Positions 24,025 through 36,770 of a DNA stretch of 64,000 nucleotides are shown here, one piece after another. The translations under genes and the position numbers were made by a program. The notes under the pieces are model-generated. The model was not told the origin of the DNA. It ran no database searches and saw only the letters and a list, made by a program, of their open reading frames with translations. The DNA is from Ruditapes philippinarum (Eukaryota): the NCBI RefSeq assembly GCF_026571515.1, contig NW_026863180.1, positions 1-64,000 on the forward strand, written 5' to 3'. Every line of letters begins with the position of its first letter. The stretch's first letter is position 1.

Positions 24025-24907
24025 TTTGGCGTGTGATATTTACATATATTCCATTTATACTATTTCAATAACTCAAATTAACATGTTAATATATCGGTAT
24101 CAATACTTTCTTAATTCAAATTCAATCTGACATTATTTCAATATAAATGTATAAGATATAATCATGTATTTCTGTCAGTTATCATTTGTGTGTGATTAGA
24201 CACTCGGCACATATTTGCAAGTTTTATCTATGTCAAAAATAGTCTGATAAAAAGGCGTTTACGAAACTTATTTCATGAAAATAGATCTAATATCTATTTG
24301 TTGCTGATTTAAACTATAACTTATCGGTAAGTGGTATTTTAAACAAAAAAGTTTGTGTTTAATTGAATCTGGCTTTTAAAACTTCTTATCAAAAATCTAT
24401 TAAACCGACATTCATTTATACTTTAAAGATGTCCACATTGTCAAAGTATCTTTACAGAAATCTATAAATGTTTGAATGAGCATTTAATTTTATAGTTTAC
24501 ACTATATATAATAGAAGTTGATTATGAAATAAGGTGACTTAAACTCTATATTTCTTACAGATAATAGAATTTAAATCAATGTTAATAAATGGAGAATATA
24601 TTATCAACTTCCTTGATCAGATATAGATATAAAGATAACTTAAACTGGGACATTAATATGGATCTACTCTTTCATTACTTGATAAGCTCTTAAAATGTTT
24701 GAAAAGGTTTGAAGTGCTGACATCGTAAAAACAATGTAATCTATTGTGAATCCTAGAAACACAAAAATGTAACTGATATCACATTGCATGATAATATTTT
24801 TTTCAATAAAGAAAAAAAAGAAAAGATACATGATTAGAATATGGTGATGTAGGTTGTTATACAATGCAAAAGAGTTACAAAGAAAAAACACCACATAAAA
24901 CATATAT

Positions 24908-25141
24908 GAGCCGCGTCACGACAAAACCAACATAATGGGTTTGCGACCAGCATGGATCCAAATCAGCCTGCGCGTCCGCGCAGTCTGATTAGGATCCATG
25001 TTGTTCGCTGTCAGTTTCTTTACTTGTTATAGGGTTCGTAAGCGAACAGCATAGATCCTGATCAGACTGTGCAGATGCGCAGACTCGTCTGGATCAATGC
25101 TGGTCGTAAACGCATTACGTTGGTTTGTCGTGACGCGGCTC
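24908..25141. mobile_element. Fold-back MITE with GAG...CTC termini (Sola-type)
   Basis: ~100-bp TIRs (GAGCCGCGTCACGACAAAACCAAC...) and 4-bp TSD ATAT. Same family at 43036-43270 (TSD ATTT), 61946-62019, 62361-62578 and a fragment at ~48827. Confidence 0.85.
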
Positions 25142-26007
25142 ATATATGTAGACATCAACTGAGTTTTGTCACATGGCGGGCTGGAAGTTAAGTTCCATTT
25201 GATATAATTCTAAACTTACTTGTGTGGTGGCTAAATTTCAGATCATTTGCTCATTCCAATTTTAGAACAATGATATTGATTGTGCAAAATTCACAAAATT
25301 CACTCAAAAAGGGCTAAAACTCGCATTATTTATTGGCTATCAATTGTAGTGTAAATATATATCTTTTAATTAGCTTATGACACTCTTTAAATTGAATTTT
25401 ACCCGTTACATTTAATTTCATGTGCGCAAATATACCCTCGTTATTGCAATAAGCTAAATGAAACTTCCATAAAGAAAGATAAACTTTCCATTTATTTAAA
25501 CCATATTTTCATGAATTTGACGATACGTCTTATTAAAATGTACACATTTTTGTAAATATATCTAAGTCGAAAGATAGGTCTATCGATTTTATCCTAGTGG
25601 CCGTTAAATAGTTAAATAAGCCTTGATGTAAGTTGGTTAAAATAGCTTTTGTTGGACCGTATTTGGTACAAAAACGAATATGGTACAAATGTACCATATT
25701 CGGTCGAATATGGTACAAATGTACCATATTCGGACCGAATATGGTACATTTTCGACCGAATATGGTACAAACATTGTACCATATTCGGTTGGAATAAGTT
25801 TTTCTATGCTCGCCAAAACGTATTTGGTACATACCAAAAAAACTCATAAAATGAAAATGGCCTACGTATATGGTACATAAATTATGTATTTCTTAATAAA
25901 TGAAATAGTCTGCCGATGTGTAAACTTTTTTTCAAACTCAAATACATTGTATTAACCTAATATGGGAAGCGACAAAAGTATCATCATCATCATCATCATC
26001 ATCATCA

Positions 26008-26038
<31 letters not shown>

Positions 26039-26108
26039 AACTAGCAGTAACAGAAACAGCTAACCTAACCACACTTTACATGGATTTTGCTGGTTGTGTA
26101 ACTGTTTC

Positions 26109-26296
26109 GCCGGGTAGCTCAGTCGGTTGCGCGTCAGATTGGCACGCAGGCGGCCTGGGTTCGATTCCCGGGCGGGCCAGATACTTTCGTGGAGATTGGT
26201 CACGAAATGATTTCTACGGCCATTCTTCCCCTACCGCTGTTTCAAGTAGGGCAGTTGTCAATTACTGGCGAATGTATCTGCTTAGTACTGGTTACT
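26109..26296 (+). mobile_element. tRNA-derived SINE, 3'-truncated
   Basis: TAGCTCAGTCGG A box and GGTTCGATTCC B box; body nearly identical to 29448-29530. Confidence 0.8.
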
Positions 26297-26607
26297 AAGT
26301 ACTAGTACTCTAAGACTAGAGACGTGCTTGCTCCAGGTAACTCTGTAAAAGTTTGAGGATTATCGCATTTTGGTTATGTTCATAGAGTGTGAACTTGTAA
26401 GGGTAAAGGTAGGCGAGCAAATCCATGAAGCGCGCCAGCGCTTCTTGGAAAATTTGATCGTTTAATACCCCTCGGTATTAATGCTTATATTTTAATACAT
26501 TTTAATAATAATTGGTAGGTTTTGTCCAGATATGATTGCCCCAAGCAAACGTCGTTGCAGGAATGTCGACGTCGCATTCGATTGGTCGAATGACGTCGCG
26601 TCAGCCA

Positions 26608-26916
26608 TATTAATGATTTCGTGCATTGTTTGGGTCAATCTAAAACTTCTGACAAGAAGATATTGCATGAGAAAATCCGAAAAATAAACAAGAAATTGGG
26701 CCGAAAAAATAACTAACGAAATTCATATTTCATGCATTTGCAGTTGTTTTACGATAGAATTTCTTCGATATAATTCAATATCCTTTGGTCAGTAGTTTTA
26801 GATTGACCCAAACAATTCACAAGATCATTAATAGCAATTTTCAAATTTTTAAAAAAAATTTTTTCGAAAGTGTATTTTCACCAAAATCCGATTTAAGAGA
26901 TTTTGAGCTCTTTTAA
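26608..26916. mobile_element. Partial MITE with long TIRs (same family as 31416-31862, opposite orientation)
   Basis: ATTAATGATTTCGTGCATTGTTTGGGTCAATCTAAAACT pairs with AGTTTTAGATTGACCCAAACAATTCACAAGATCATTAAT. Confidence 0.7.
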
Positions 26917-26991
26917 ATGAATATATCTCTCCAAAAATAAGGATGTTTGACTGGCTGCTTTAGACAGGTGTGACTGCATTCCTAAACATTA

Positions 26992-27998
26992 GGCGAAAAG
27001 AAAAAAATTGTCTGGTTCCGGTGACCCGACCCTACCTATTTTTTTCGCCCGACCCTTAACTTTTTTTTATTTGAATACGAAAAAATTGGTCCGATATTTT
27101 ACTCAATATTCAAGAGAATTGTAAAGAACGTTTTTAAAGCGTTCATGTAAACATTCTAAAAATAAAACAAAACTTAATAATTTTAGTTTAAGTTTTGAAT
27201 CTATAATATGTTGTCTTCATTAAGGGAAAGTAAATTTTGAAAATAGAAATACATTGTATGTGTCAATTATTTGAATTCGAAACATTGGATATTCAATCTT
27301 TTTTGGTTGGTAAGCAGATGTGTGCGTTAGTGTTGGTTATTTTCTGGAACAGGAGTTGTTAGCTTTAATATAATGAACTATCAAACCCAAAACCATTTGA
27401 TTTAAAGACTGAAATAGCAGAGTATGAGTTTTAGATGAAACAGTCTTTTATTTACTGGGTTTATTACCAGTCCCCTCTAGATCTTGTGGCAAGGTTCGAA
27501 TCAAAACCTCATATTTTTAAATAAATGTACGAATTTGCACAGCACTAAAGCATTCAACGTAAAGCATTCCCTGCGACTTCTTTTTACGCTGATATTCAGT
27601 CAATTTAAAATGTTCTACAACCCATGATTTTGCCATATAATTGCATAAATACTGTACTAGTCATAGCAAGCACCGAAAATGGTCTCGTTTATAGCGAATT
27701 ATATTTTCAAAATATAACACGTACAGAAAGAAACAATTATTAAACCTATAGGGTTAAATGTGCATAAAACTCCTCCAGCTTGCACACTATGCATGTTTAC
27801 AGTACATAAAAAGCTTAGTGTTGCACGCACAGAAGACTTTAATCACACAAAATATACATTAAAATAACGTTATTATATCACCTTTCACTCAGCATCAGTA
27901 AAAATAAATAAATAAATAAAATAAAAAGAAATGCCGACCTACCCTACCTACTTTTTGGGGGCATGTCACCGGAACCAGACATAATGTTTTATTTGGCC
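26992..27998. mobile_element. PIF/Harbinger-type non-autonomous element
   Basis: GGC...GCC termini, imperfect TIR containing TGTCTGGTTCCGGTGAC, TTA TSD (26989-26991, 27999-28001). Confidence 0.75.
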
Positions 27999-29447
27999 TT
28001 ACTTTGTAAAGTTGATTTGTCGTTCCGACGTCATATTGCTGAGAAGCCGACAAAGCTTTGAAGTTTCCGATTTTTTCTTTGATAACGTGCCGCTTTAAAA
28101 AGGCGGGAATTTTGCACACGAGTCTTACTCAGAAGTCAGTAACCATATTTGACTTGGCGGTCGGCAAGAAAAGTTGTGATTTTCGACTAGAAAGAATTGA
28201 AATCCAAACTTTCTTCAAACTTCAAAAGAATTCTTGACAGTAAGTACTGTACATAATTTTAATTTTCAGTTGTCTTAATATGCATTGATGTTTTAACATG
28301 CATTGATTTTTTATGTTTTATGCCCCCCCCCCCCCCCTCAGAGTGCATTTGCAGTTGTCCGTCCGTCTATCCAATTGTCCGTGGCATTCCTTCCGGGTGC
28401 GTAACTCCTAAACTGCTAAAATATTTAAGCTACAGTCATGAAACTTCATGAAAAATGTTGTCCATCATCAGCTCTCAAGATACATTTCAGCTCACCTGAG
28501 CACAAAGTGATCAAGGTGAGCTATTGTGATGGCAAGTTGTCCATCGTCCGTGCGTGCGTGCGTCCGTACGTGCGTCCGTCAACAATTTCTTCAAACGATT
28601 TCTCCTCCTAACACGCTAAGCCAAATTCAATGAAACTTGGCAGGAATAGTCCTTGCATCAAGCTCTACCAAAGTTGTTCAAAGAATTCCATTTCATGAAG
28701 AACTCTGGTTGTCATGGCAACGAAAAGGCAAATCATAGTGAAATCTTTAAAAATATTCTTGTCCGAAACTGCAAGGCCTTGAGGTTTGATATTTGGTATG
28801 TGACATAATTTTGGTATGTGACATAATTTTGGGGTCCTATACTAAGATTGTTCAAATTATGCCCCTGGGGTAAAAATTGGCACCGTCCCGTGCCTGTGTT
28901 GGGACCCTGTCTCCAACCCGCTGGGGGGGGCCGGAGGTCCAGCACAAATATGGCGGTTTCATATAACACGCCATATGAAGTGGGCCTCATCGAGGGCCCC
29001 CCTCCCAGCAGACCGGAGACAGAGCCCCAAGGCTGATAAGTGACGATGGGATGATGACGATGATGATGATGATGGCACAGAGTGCATCACTAAAACCGTT
29101 CAATCACTGGGGGCTGGAAATGTAACCTTAATGCTTCAACGTTGAGATCCAGCTCCCTTGATGCATAATTCAGTGGAACATAAAATGATGAAATTTACCC
29201 CTGTGTGACGTTAAATCTTATTTTTAAAATTTGAACAACTGCGGTGCTATATACATATTTATAACAAACGGCACCTTCCCAGGACCATGTTAAAAAGAAT
29301 GAGTAACTAATAACATATATACTATATTTACACTATAAAACAAGGGTGATTTTGCCACACAGGGGTAGTGATAAGATCATTGAAGATGAAGACATGGCCA
29401 GCTCTTGTTTCTCATGTTAAATTTAAAACTGACTTGGTCGTTGTTCC

Positions 29448-29640
29448 TTTCTACGGCCATTCTTCCCCTACCGCTGTTTCAAGTAGGGCAGTTGTCAGTT
29501 ACTGGCGAATGTATCTGCTTAGTACTGGTTACCCGCTTACACCAGAGTGTAAGCATGCCCAGGAACGGTGCGTAGGTTAACTGACCGCTGTGATATGACT
29601 GAAATATACTGTTGAAAACGGCGTAAAACCCAAAAAACAA
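29448..29640 (+). mobile_element. 5'-truncated SINE
   Basis: 13-bp TSD TGGTCGTTGTTCC (29435-29447, 29641-29653) and an A-rich tail; same family as 26109-26296. Confidence 0.88.
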
Positions 29641-31415
29641 TGGTCGTTGTTCCCTAGGTAACAGCATGACTTGACCAGAGGTTTGCGGTAGGGTATGTTC
29701 CACTCAGGTCAGTTCTGCATGCCCACCTGCATGTTAATTGTACATGGTGAGCCTGTTCCTTTAAAGTTTGGGGTTCAGGATGCTGTATGGTGGGTTTTTG
29801 GGGGAGGCCGATGCGAGGTTGCCGAGGCACGGAATACCATTCAGTTTTTCATTTTTTTATTTGTTTTATTCCTAGTTTTCCTATTTGGGTTTGTTCGAAA
29901 TTTACGAAATTGGCGTAGGAGTCTGTGTGCTTCCTAAAGTGCCAGACACATATTCCTGGGGGGGGGGGGGCATTTTATAAATGGGGGACACCTCGGCACA
30001 TATATTTAACAGGCCTGTGAGGTGCCTTATAATTAAGGGAGGGACAAGCATGGGGCCACCTGAGCGACAGGTCAGGTGTTCTTACTCCCATTTATAATGT
30101 TTAATATGTCAGAGGACAGAATGCTCTCAAAGAACTTGAATGGGGCCTTTAATGTTAGTGAGTGACTGGCACTGAAGTACATATTAGGAAGCACACAAGG
30201 CTCCTTGAGTAGACACTATGTCTAATAGACATTATTTAAATCTTACGGTATTATCATACCGGTAACCCATGACCAGCGGAGTCGCACAACCGGGACCTGG
30301 ACAGTCCAAGCACACGCAGGGCGGCCCCACTGGCCATAGAATTATGTATTATTTCTATTTAAAACTATTTATTCATGACGTTCTAGTATAACATTATATC
30401 CGCATCCGTTAAAAATCGAAACAGTTCAGAGTTCGAGACCTATTCCATGTATCCGTAGTCCGCAGTACGCATCCGTATACGCATCCGCATCCGCAAGTCG
30501 AATCGCTCAGCGAGCGATTCGTTTGCGGATATGCGGATGCGGACCCTTTTTGCGGACAATTCTAATTACACCTAGTTAATTATTTTCAATTGAAATACAT
30601 CAAAATTGGTATTTTTGTCCCTATTTATTGAATATTTACATAATATACATCTGCATACTTCTACTGTTTCATTTTTGTTAACTTTTCTTCTTGAAAACAA
30701 AATGCACGAACTCCCAAGCCAAACATTGGGCAAGATTTGCCCATGAAAAACAGACATTTATTTTAAAGATTCATAAATAAATTATATACCGACTGGTAAA
30801 GCTTGTCAGACGTTAGCATTTCAAATTGCAATGCTTTTTTAGTTCATTTACGTTCAAATGACTGTGTGGATTTCCATATAACCCAGAAAATAAACGCTAA
30901 TCACTGTAAAATGAAAATTAAAGTAAAAAGCAGCATAAAATAAATGAAAACATACTTGAAATACTTATACTGTAATTAAAGGGTTAAGACAGAGGGCAGC
31001 TTAGACATTTTACTTACAAAAATGATTACGTATGCGGGTACATGGAATATGGCATAACTCTGCGGATACAGTTACTGATACGGGTGGCTACGGATGCGGG
31101 TGCGTATGCGTGTACAAGAAATAGACGGCATTCTCTAGAGGTCTTCTACCAAGGTTGTTCGAATATTGCCCCTGGGTTTAAAATTGGCCCTGCTCTGTCG
31201 ACAGTATTTGGTACAAAAACGCTTAGTTTAACTATATAATTATTATATAGAGAAATTTTAAAAATATATATCTTTTTCTCTAAAACCACTTTGCTCAGAG
31301 CTTTGATATTTGTTATGTGACATTTTCGATTGAACTTTCGACTTTTGATGAATTAAACCTTGACCAAGTGACTTAATTTTGAAGCTTTTGCCTTTATTTT
31401 CCTTACAGTTATTAC

Positions 31416-31862
31416 AGCTCAATCTGATTTTGGTGAAAAATACACTTTCGAAAAAAAATTGTTTCAAAAGTCGCTATTAAAGTATTAATGATTTTGTGAA
31501 TTGTTTTCGGTTAATCTAAAACTACTGACCAAAGGATATTGAATTATATCGAAGAAATTGTATCGTAAAACAACTGAAAATGCATGGAAAATGGATTTCG
31601 CGTTAGATCTACTAACGCGATATTTTCGGCCTATTCCATTCCTATTCAATAAATAGGACAAAAATACCAAATTTTGGTGTATTTTAATTGAAAAATAAAA
31701 AATCTTGTTATTTTTTCGGATTGTATTTGATGTCATGCAATGTCCTCTGGTCAGTATTTTTAGATTAACCCAAACAATTCACAAAATCATTAATAGCGAC
31801 TTTTGGAAACAATTTTTTTCGAAAGTGTATTTTCCACCAAAAATCAGATCGAGCTCCTTTAA
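31416..31862. mobile_element. Long-TIR MITE, Kolobok-like end
   Basis: ~120-bp imperfect TIRs (AGCTCAATCTGATTTTGGTGAAAAATACACTTTCGAAAAAAA...); the right end reads GAGCTCCT-TTAA. Confidence 0.7.
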
Positions 31863-32282
31863 TCTGTAGATTTGAACATTTTAAATTTTATGGAGTTTAT
31901 AGGTCTTTGACCTTCGAACTCTGCCTAGTCGTGACTTCTGGTGAGCGACCTAGGCCCCCAGGGCCCCTTCTTTATATCCCTTCCATCCACGTAGCATTGG
32001 TTTCTACAGACCGTTTGTCCGTTGACCGCCATAAGTTTGCCCGCTATTTTTCCCCTGAATTTGAATTCGGTTGGATTTCAATGAAACTTTACATGAAGTA
32101 CTTGCTACTTTCATTGCGCATATTGCCCGGAAGTTCGGATTGTAAATTTTAGCGGAGCTATCAGACGAGTGATTTTAGCTCAGCTCATGTCGTGAGACAT
32201 TCGTTTTCGACACGCGGTGTTCAATACAAGCTCTATTAACTAATGAAGTATAAATGTATAATAACTTATTATATTATTTCAG

Positions 32283-34881
32283 ATGAAGGAAGCAATTAGG
32301 AGAAAAAGGAAGCAATTAGGGTGCTTGCCCAGGTCGAAGTACGACATTATTGTCAGATGTTTAAACGGATCGTTCGATGTCCCTGTGAAGAAACGGACAC
32401 CTGAAGAGAATAATTGTTTGGCCATGATTAGAAAACGTAAGGACTTCGAGCTTGGTGACCGGGGTTATTTATTGTGTGGAGGAAAGCAAGTCCTTGTGAA
32501 AGAAGATCTTCCTAGATTTGTTGAGAAGATGTTCATGGAAAACAAAGGATGACGAGCAAGGGTTATTTACAACAAACTGAAAGTAAATTACACGGGGTTC
32601 TCGGAACAAGCTATCCTTGAAATACTGTACAATAGCAAGTATTACCATGAGAAGTATCCGAGATTTACAAACAAGCCAACGCCAAAGACAATTACAGAAG
32701 AGGAACCAGGCAAAAGATGGCAGATTGACATAATTAACATGAAAAATCAAAGTGTTAGCTACAAGGGGTCCACATACAGTTATATTCTACAAGTCGTGGA
32801 CGTTTATTCTAGGTACGTTATGCCAAAACCCCTGAAAACGAAGAGTTCGCGTGAAGTTGCAAAGGCATAAGAGGACGTGTTGATGGTTAACCTTGCCCCT
32901 GACATCATCCAATGTGACAACGGACTGGAATTTAAAGGCCCTAGTATGAAACTTTTGTTGAACTAGTACAACATCAAAATGATCAATAGTAGGCCGTATC
33001 ATCCTCAATCACAGGGCAAGTGTGAAAGGTCAAACAGTGTTATAAAGGCCAAGATTCTATTTGCAACAAAAAGTAAACGTGGATTTAACTGGGTCGAAGG
33101 GCTTCAAGATTTAGCCTATGCCATAAACACAAGTTTCAAACGAGTTCTTGGGGGTCTCACGCCCTTTGAAGCCTACTACGGAAGAAGTTATGTTTTTACC
33201 AAAGAACGTCATAGTTCTCGTGAAATAAAGAAAACCATACGGCGAGCAAATAAAAAAGCTTACAGGTCGCTGTTGAAAAACGCAACTTCCCCAAGCAAGT
33301 ACAAAGTAGGAGAGACAGTATTAATTCGCTATCCCTTTCGAAAATCCAGGGTGCCAACCAAAAGATATGTTATCGAAGGCAAGGTAGAAAAAGTAAAACG
33401 AAATGGTGTTTATATCGTGTCATTTCAAGTACCGAACAAACCGAACTTGGATTCGTAAGCAAATCGGTTGGGGTCGAAAACATGACTAGCCTAACTGTTG
33501 CGTTAGAGAAACAACGAAAAATTAAAAAACATTTATTAAAACAGAACCGCTCAGAGAAACAAAATCACAGAACTAAGTACTATCATGTTTTAACACACCA
33601 TGAAAATCTGCAGTTGTTGGATGGGGTGAATATTGCCATGGACCCAAATCCGGATGGAAATTGTCAATTTGCTGCTATATCGCATCAACTTGGTAAAATT
33701 GGTATATACAAAGACGTAGATGCTTTACGTAAGGAAGCAGTCCATCACATTGTAGAAAACAGATATTTCTATGAAACTTTTGTCTATGATGAAACATTTG
33801 ATGAATACGTTAAGAATATGTCTAAGAATGGGACATACGGCGACAACCTCACGCTCATTGCACTTATGAGAGAATATAATTTGCAGTGCCTGGTAGTTTC
33901 TACCCGAGGACTAGAACACTCATCAATTGTGTCAGCAGATGGAAAGTTCGATGGTGATGTTGGAACAATTGCATTGGGGTATTTCCCAGAAGGATTTGGC
34001 ATGCATTACGTTAGTATCCGTATCAATCAACGCGTGTACAAGGACATAATATCACGCTTAGAACAGGCGTATGAGAACGGTGACTCTGGCGACAGCGCTG
34101 CGTCTGGCGACAACGCTGCGTCTGGCGACAACGGTGACTCTGGCGACAACGGTGACTCCGGCGACACCGCTGCGTCTGGCGACAACACTGCATCTGGCGA
34201 CAACGATGACTCTGGCGACAACGATGACTCTGGCGACAACGCTGCGTCTGGCGACAACGGTGACTCTGGCGACAACGGTGACTCCGGCGACAACGGTGAC
34301 TCTGGCGACAACGGTGACTCCGGCGACAACGGTGACTCCGGCGACAACGGTGACTCCGGCGACAACGGTGACTCCGGCGACAACGGTGACTCCGGCGACA
34401 ACGGTGACTCCGGCGACAACGGTGACTCTGGCGACAACGGTGACGTCTCTGTGTGTTCAGCCCTGAAAGAGCTTCAAGATATGATAAACAATAGGAGGGC
34501 ACAGAGGCGAACGACTTTTCCATTTCTGATGTTACCACTTCACATTCAAGTTGAAATTTTAAAGTTCTGCATACAATCAAACCCGTCAATCCAGTTTGTG
34601 TTGGCGAAGGTCGGCAAACCCTTTAGAGATTTAATAAGGTCAATGAGTTTGCAAACACCTAGAATTTACATTCGGCTGGATATTGGACTAGATACTAGTA
34701 ACAGAAATCCTGTTAGCGTTCGTTTCCTATTAACAAGAGCGGGCAGAAACAGCGGTCTTATTTCGGCAATAAAAGAAATCATCAAGGGGCCAAAATGGGC
34801 AAACGCATGGCTGCGTTTGCGCGTGTTAGTGGAATCGGTTGGTATGATATCATAGATGTCATGTACAGACATTACAGGTGA
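32283..34881 (+). pseudogene. Disrupted transposase: DDE integrase (KRBA2/SCAND3/Ginger-like) + SH3-like region + OTU cysteine protease + (GDNGDS)n + F-box-like motif + Trp-rich C-terminus
   Basis: One frame from 32283 to 33458 with three premature stops (32550, ~32868, ~32964) encodes WQIDIINM, QCDNGLEF and SRPYHPQSQGKCERSN. A frameshift at ~33455-33470 leads into the 33482 ORF with OTU motifs PDGNCQFAAI and HYVS, then FLMLPLHIQVEILKFC...LAKVGKPFRDLI. A probable terminal frameshift gives GWYDIIDVMYRHYR* (34881). A splice acceptor directly precedes 32283. Confidence 0.88.
34076..34445 (+). repeat. 18-bp coding minisatellite (~20 units) encoding GDNGDS
   Basis: Unit AACGGTGACTCYGGCGAC, in frame within the OTU ORF. 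Confidence 0.95.
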
Positions 34882-35214
34882 AATATACATGTATATCGGT
34901 GTTTGGAAACCTGTTATGTTATTTTTGTGATTGATGATTATGTTCTTCTACCGGAAATTTGTTGTCATTTGCTCATTTAATGGTAACTTTTTACGAAGCA
35001 CATTTGGGATATTTTGGCTGCTACTAAAATGAATGTATATATGTATATTATGTCTGGTCAAAATGCTACAGTTGGATTAAAATTTAAATGCTGTTCTATG
35101 TTCTTCAATATTACTTTGAAAAATCCTGTCAGTATACCAATAAATGAAAAAAGTACAAGTTTGTTGAATCTCTTGAATGAAACAAATTATAAAATACAAA
35201 ATGTAAAATGAATA

Positions 35215-36518
35215 TGTGATGATGATGATGATGACAAAACGTTTTCGATGATGATGATGTTAAAAAAATTGTGATGATGGTGGTGGTGATGATGATGACA
35301 GTGGTTATGATGATTGGGGTTTGATGATTGTGAGGATGATGATGATAATGATGATGATGATGATGATAAAAACGTTTTGGGATGATGATGACAGCGATGT
35401 TTATCGGACGATGATGATGGTTATAATGATGATGATAAGATTTTAGATGATGATGACGGCGATGTTTATCGGCCGACGATGATGATAATGATGATGATGA
35501 TAACAAAATATTTGTGATGATGATGATGGCGATGTTTATTGGCCGATGATGATGATGATATTCTCATCGTCGTCATCATCATCACAACATCCTCATTATC
35601 GACCGAAAACATCGCTGTCATTATCATCACAAAAAAAACTTTTGTGATCACCATTACGATCATGATAATGGATATGATGATGTTGGTTTTGATGGTGATG
35701 ATGATGGTGGTGTTGGGGAAGATAACAACGATGATGATCATTGGGGTGTTGATAATTGATGTGATGATGATGATGATGATGATAACAAACGTATTTGGAT
35801 GATTATGACAGCGATGTTTATCAGTCGATGATGATTATTATAATGATGATGATTATGATGACAAATGTGTTTTGATGATGCTGACGGCGATTTTTATCGG
35901 TAGATTATGATGATGATGATGTGCTGACCGTCGTTATCATCATTACAAAACTTTTGTCATCATCATCACCATCGACCGAAAAACATCGCAGTTATCATCA
36001 TCACATTTTTNNNNNNNNNNNNNNNNNNNNNNNNNNNNNNNNNNNNNNNNNNNNNNNNNNNNNNNNNNNNNNNNNNNNNNNNNNNNNNNNNNNNNNNNNN
36101 NNNNNNNNNNNNNNNNNNNNNNNNNNNNNNNNNNNNNNNGATGACGGTAATTTGATCGTCGTCATCATCATCAAAACTTTTGTCATCATCATGACGATGA
36201 TGATGATAATGGCGTTAATGGTGACGATGATGATGATGGTGTTAATGGTGACGATGATGATGTAATTGATGATGATGACAATGGTGATGATGATTGGGGT
36301 TTGATGATTGTGATGATGATAACTGCGATGTTTATCGGCCGATGTAATGATTATAATGATGATGATGAAAAAAGTTTTTTATTATGTTGACGCCAATGAT
36401 TACCGGCCGCCGATGATGATGATTATGATGATGATGATGATGATGCTGATGATGATGATGATGATGACGATGATGATTATTTTCATGATGGTATTGATGA
36501 CGTTGATGCAAATTGTAG

Positions 36519-36551
<33 letters not shown>

Positions 36552-36673
36552 CGATGACGAAGATGATGGTGATGATGATGATGATGATGATGAGAGGACG
36601 ATGATGATTATTTTCATGATGGTATTGATGACGTTGATGCAAATTGTAGTTATGATGATGATTATGATGATGG

Positions 36674-36719
<46 letters not shown>

Positions 36720-36770
36720 AATGATGATGATGGTGATGATGATGAGATAACGATGATGATGACGATGATG
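35215..36770. repeat. (ATG/CAT)n low-complexity tract with internal inversions; includes the assembly gap 36011-36139
   Basis: GATGATGAT runs with recurring GCGATGTTTATCGGYCGA motifs; inverted CATCAT blocks at ~35560-35660 and ~35930-36190. Confidence 0.9.

Larger units (their letters stand above)
28485..31973 (+). mobile_element. Helentron-associated (HINE/DINE-1-like) element, expanded by nested insertions
   Basis: 5' subTIR/hairpin AGCTCACCTGAG...GGTGAGCT, (GTSC)n microsatellite at 28547-28580, 3' subTIR GGTGAGC (31940) followed by hairpin GGCCC-CCA-GGGCC and a T run. Confidence 0.7.

Noticed and set aside
28890-30335. GC-rich insert within the HINE, possibly a decayed retroelement ORF1/UTR
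   Set aside because: Only a faint TWSWEGAVCYK-like fragment on the - strand, too weak to assign.
34023-34589. Antisense and alternative-frame ORFs (SPESPL, RRSHRC and ATTVTP repeats)
   Set aside because: These are by-products of the stop-free 18-bp repeat; only the GDNGDS frame is continuous with the OTU and F-box-like domains.
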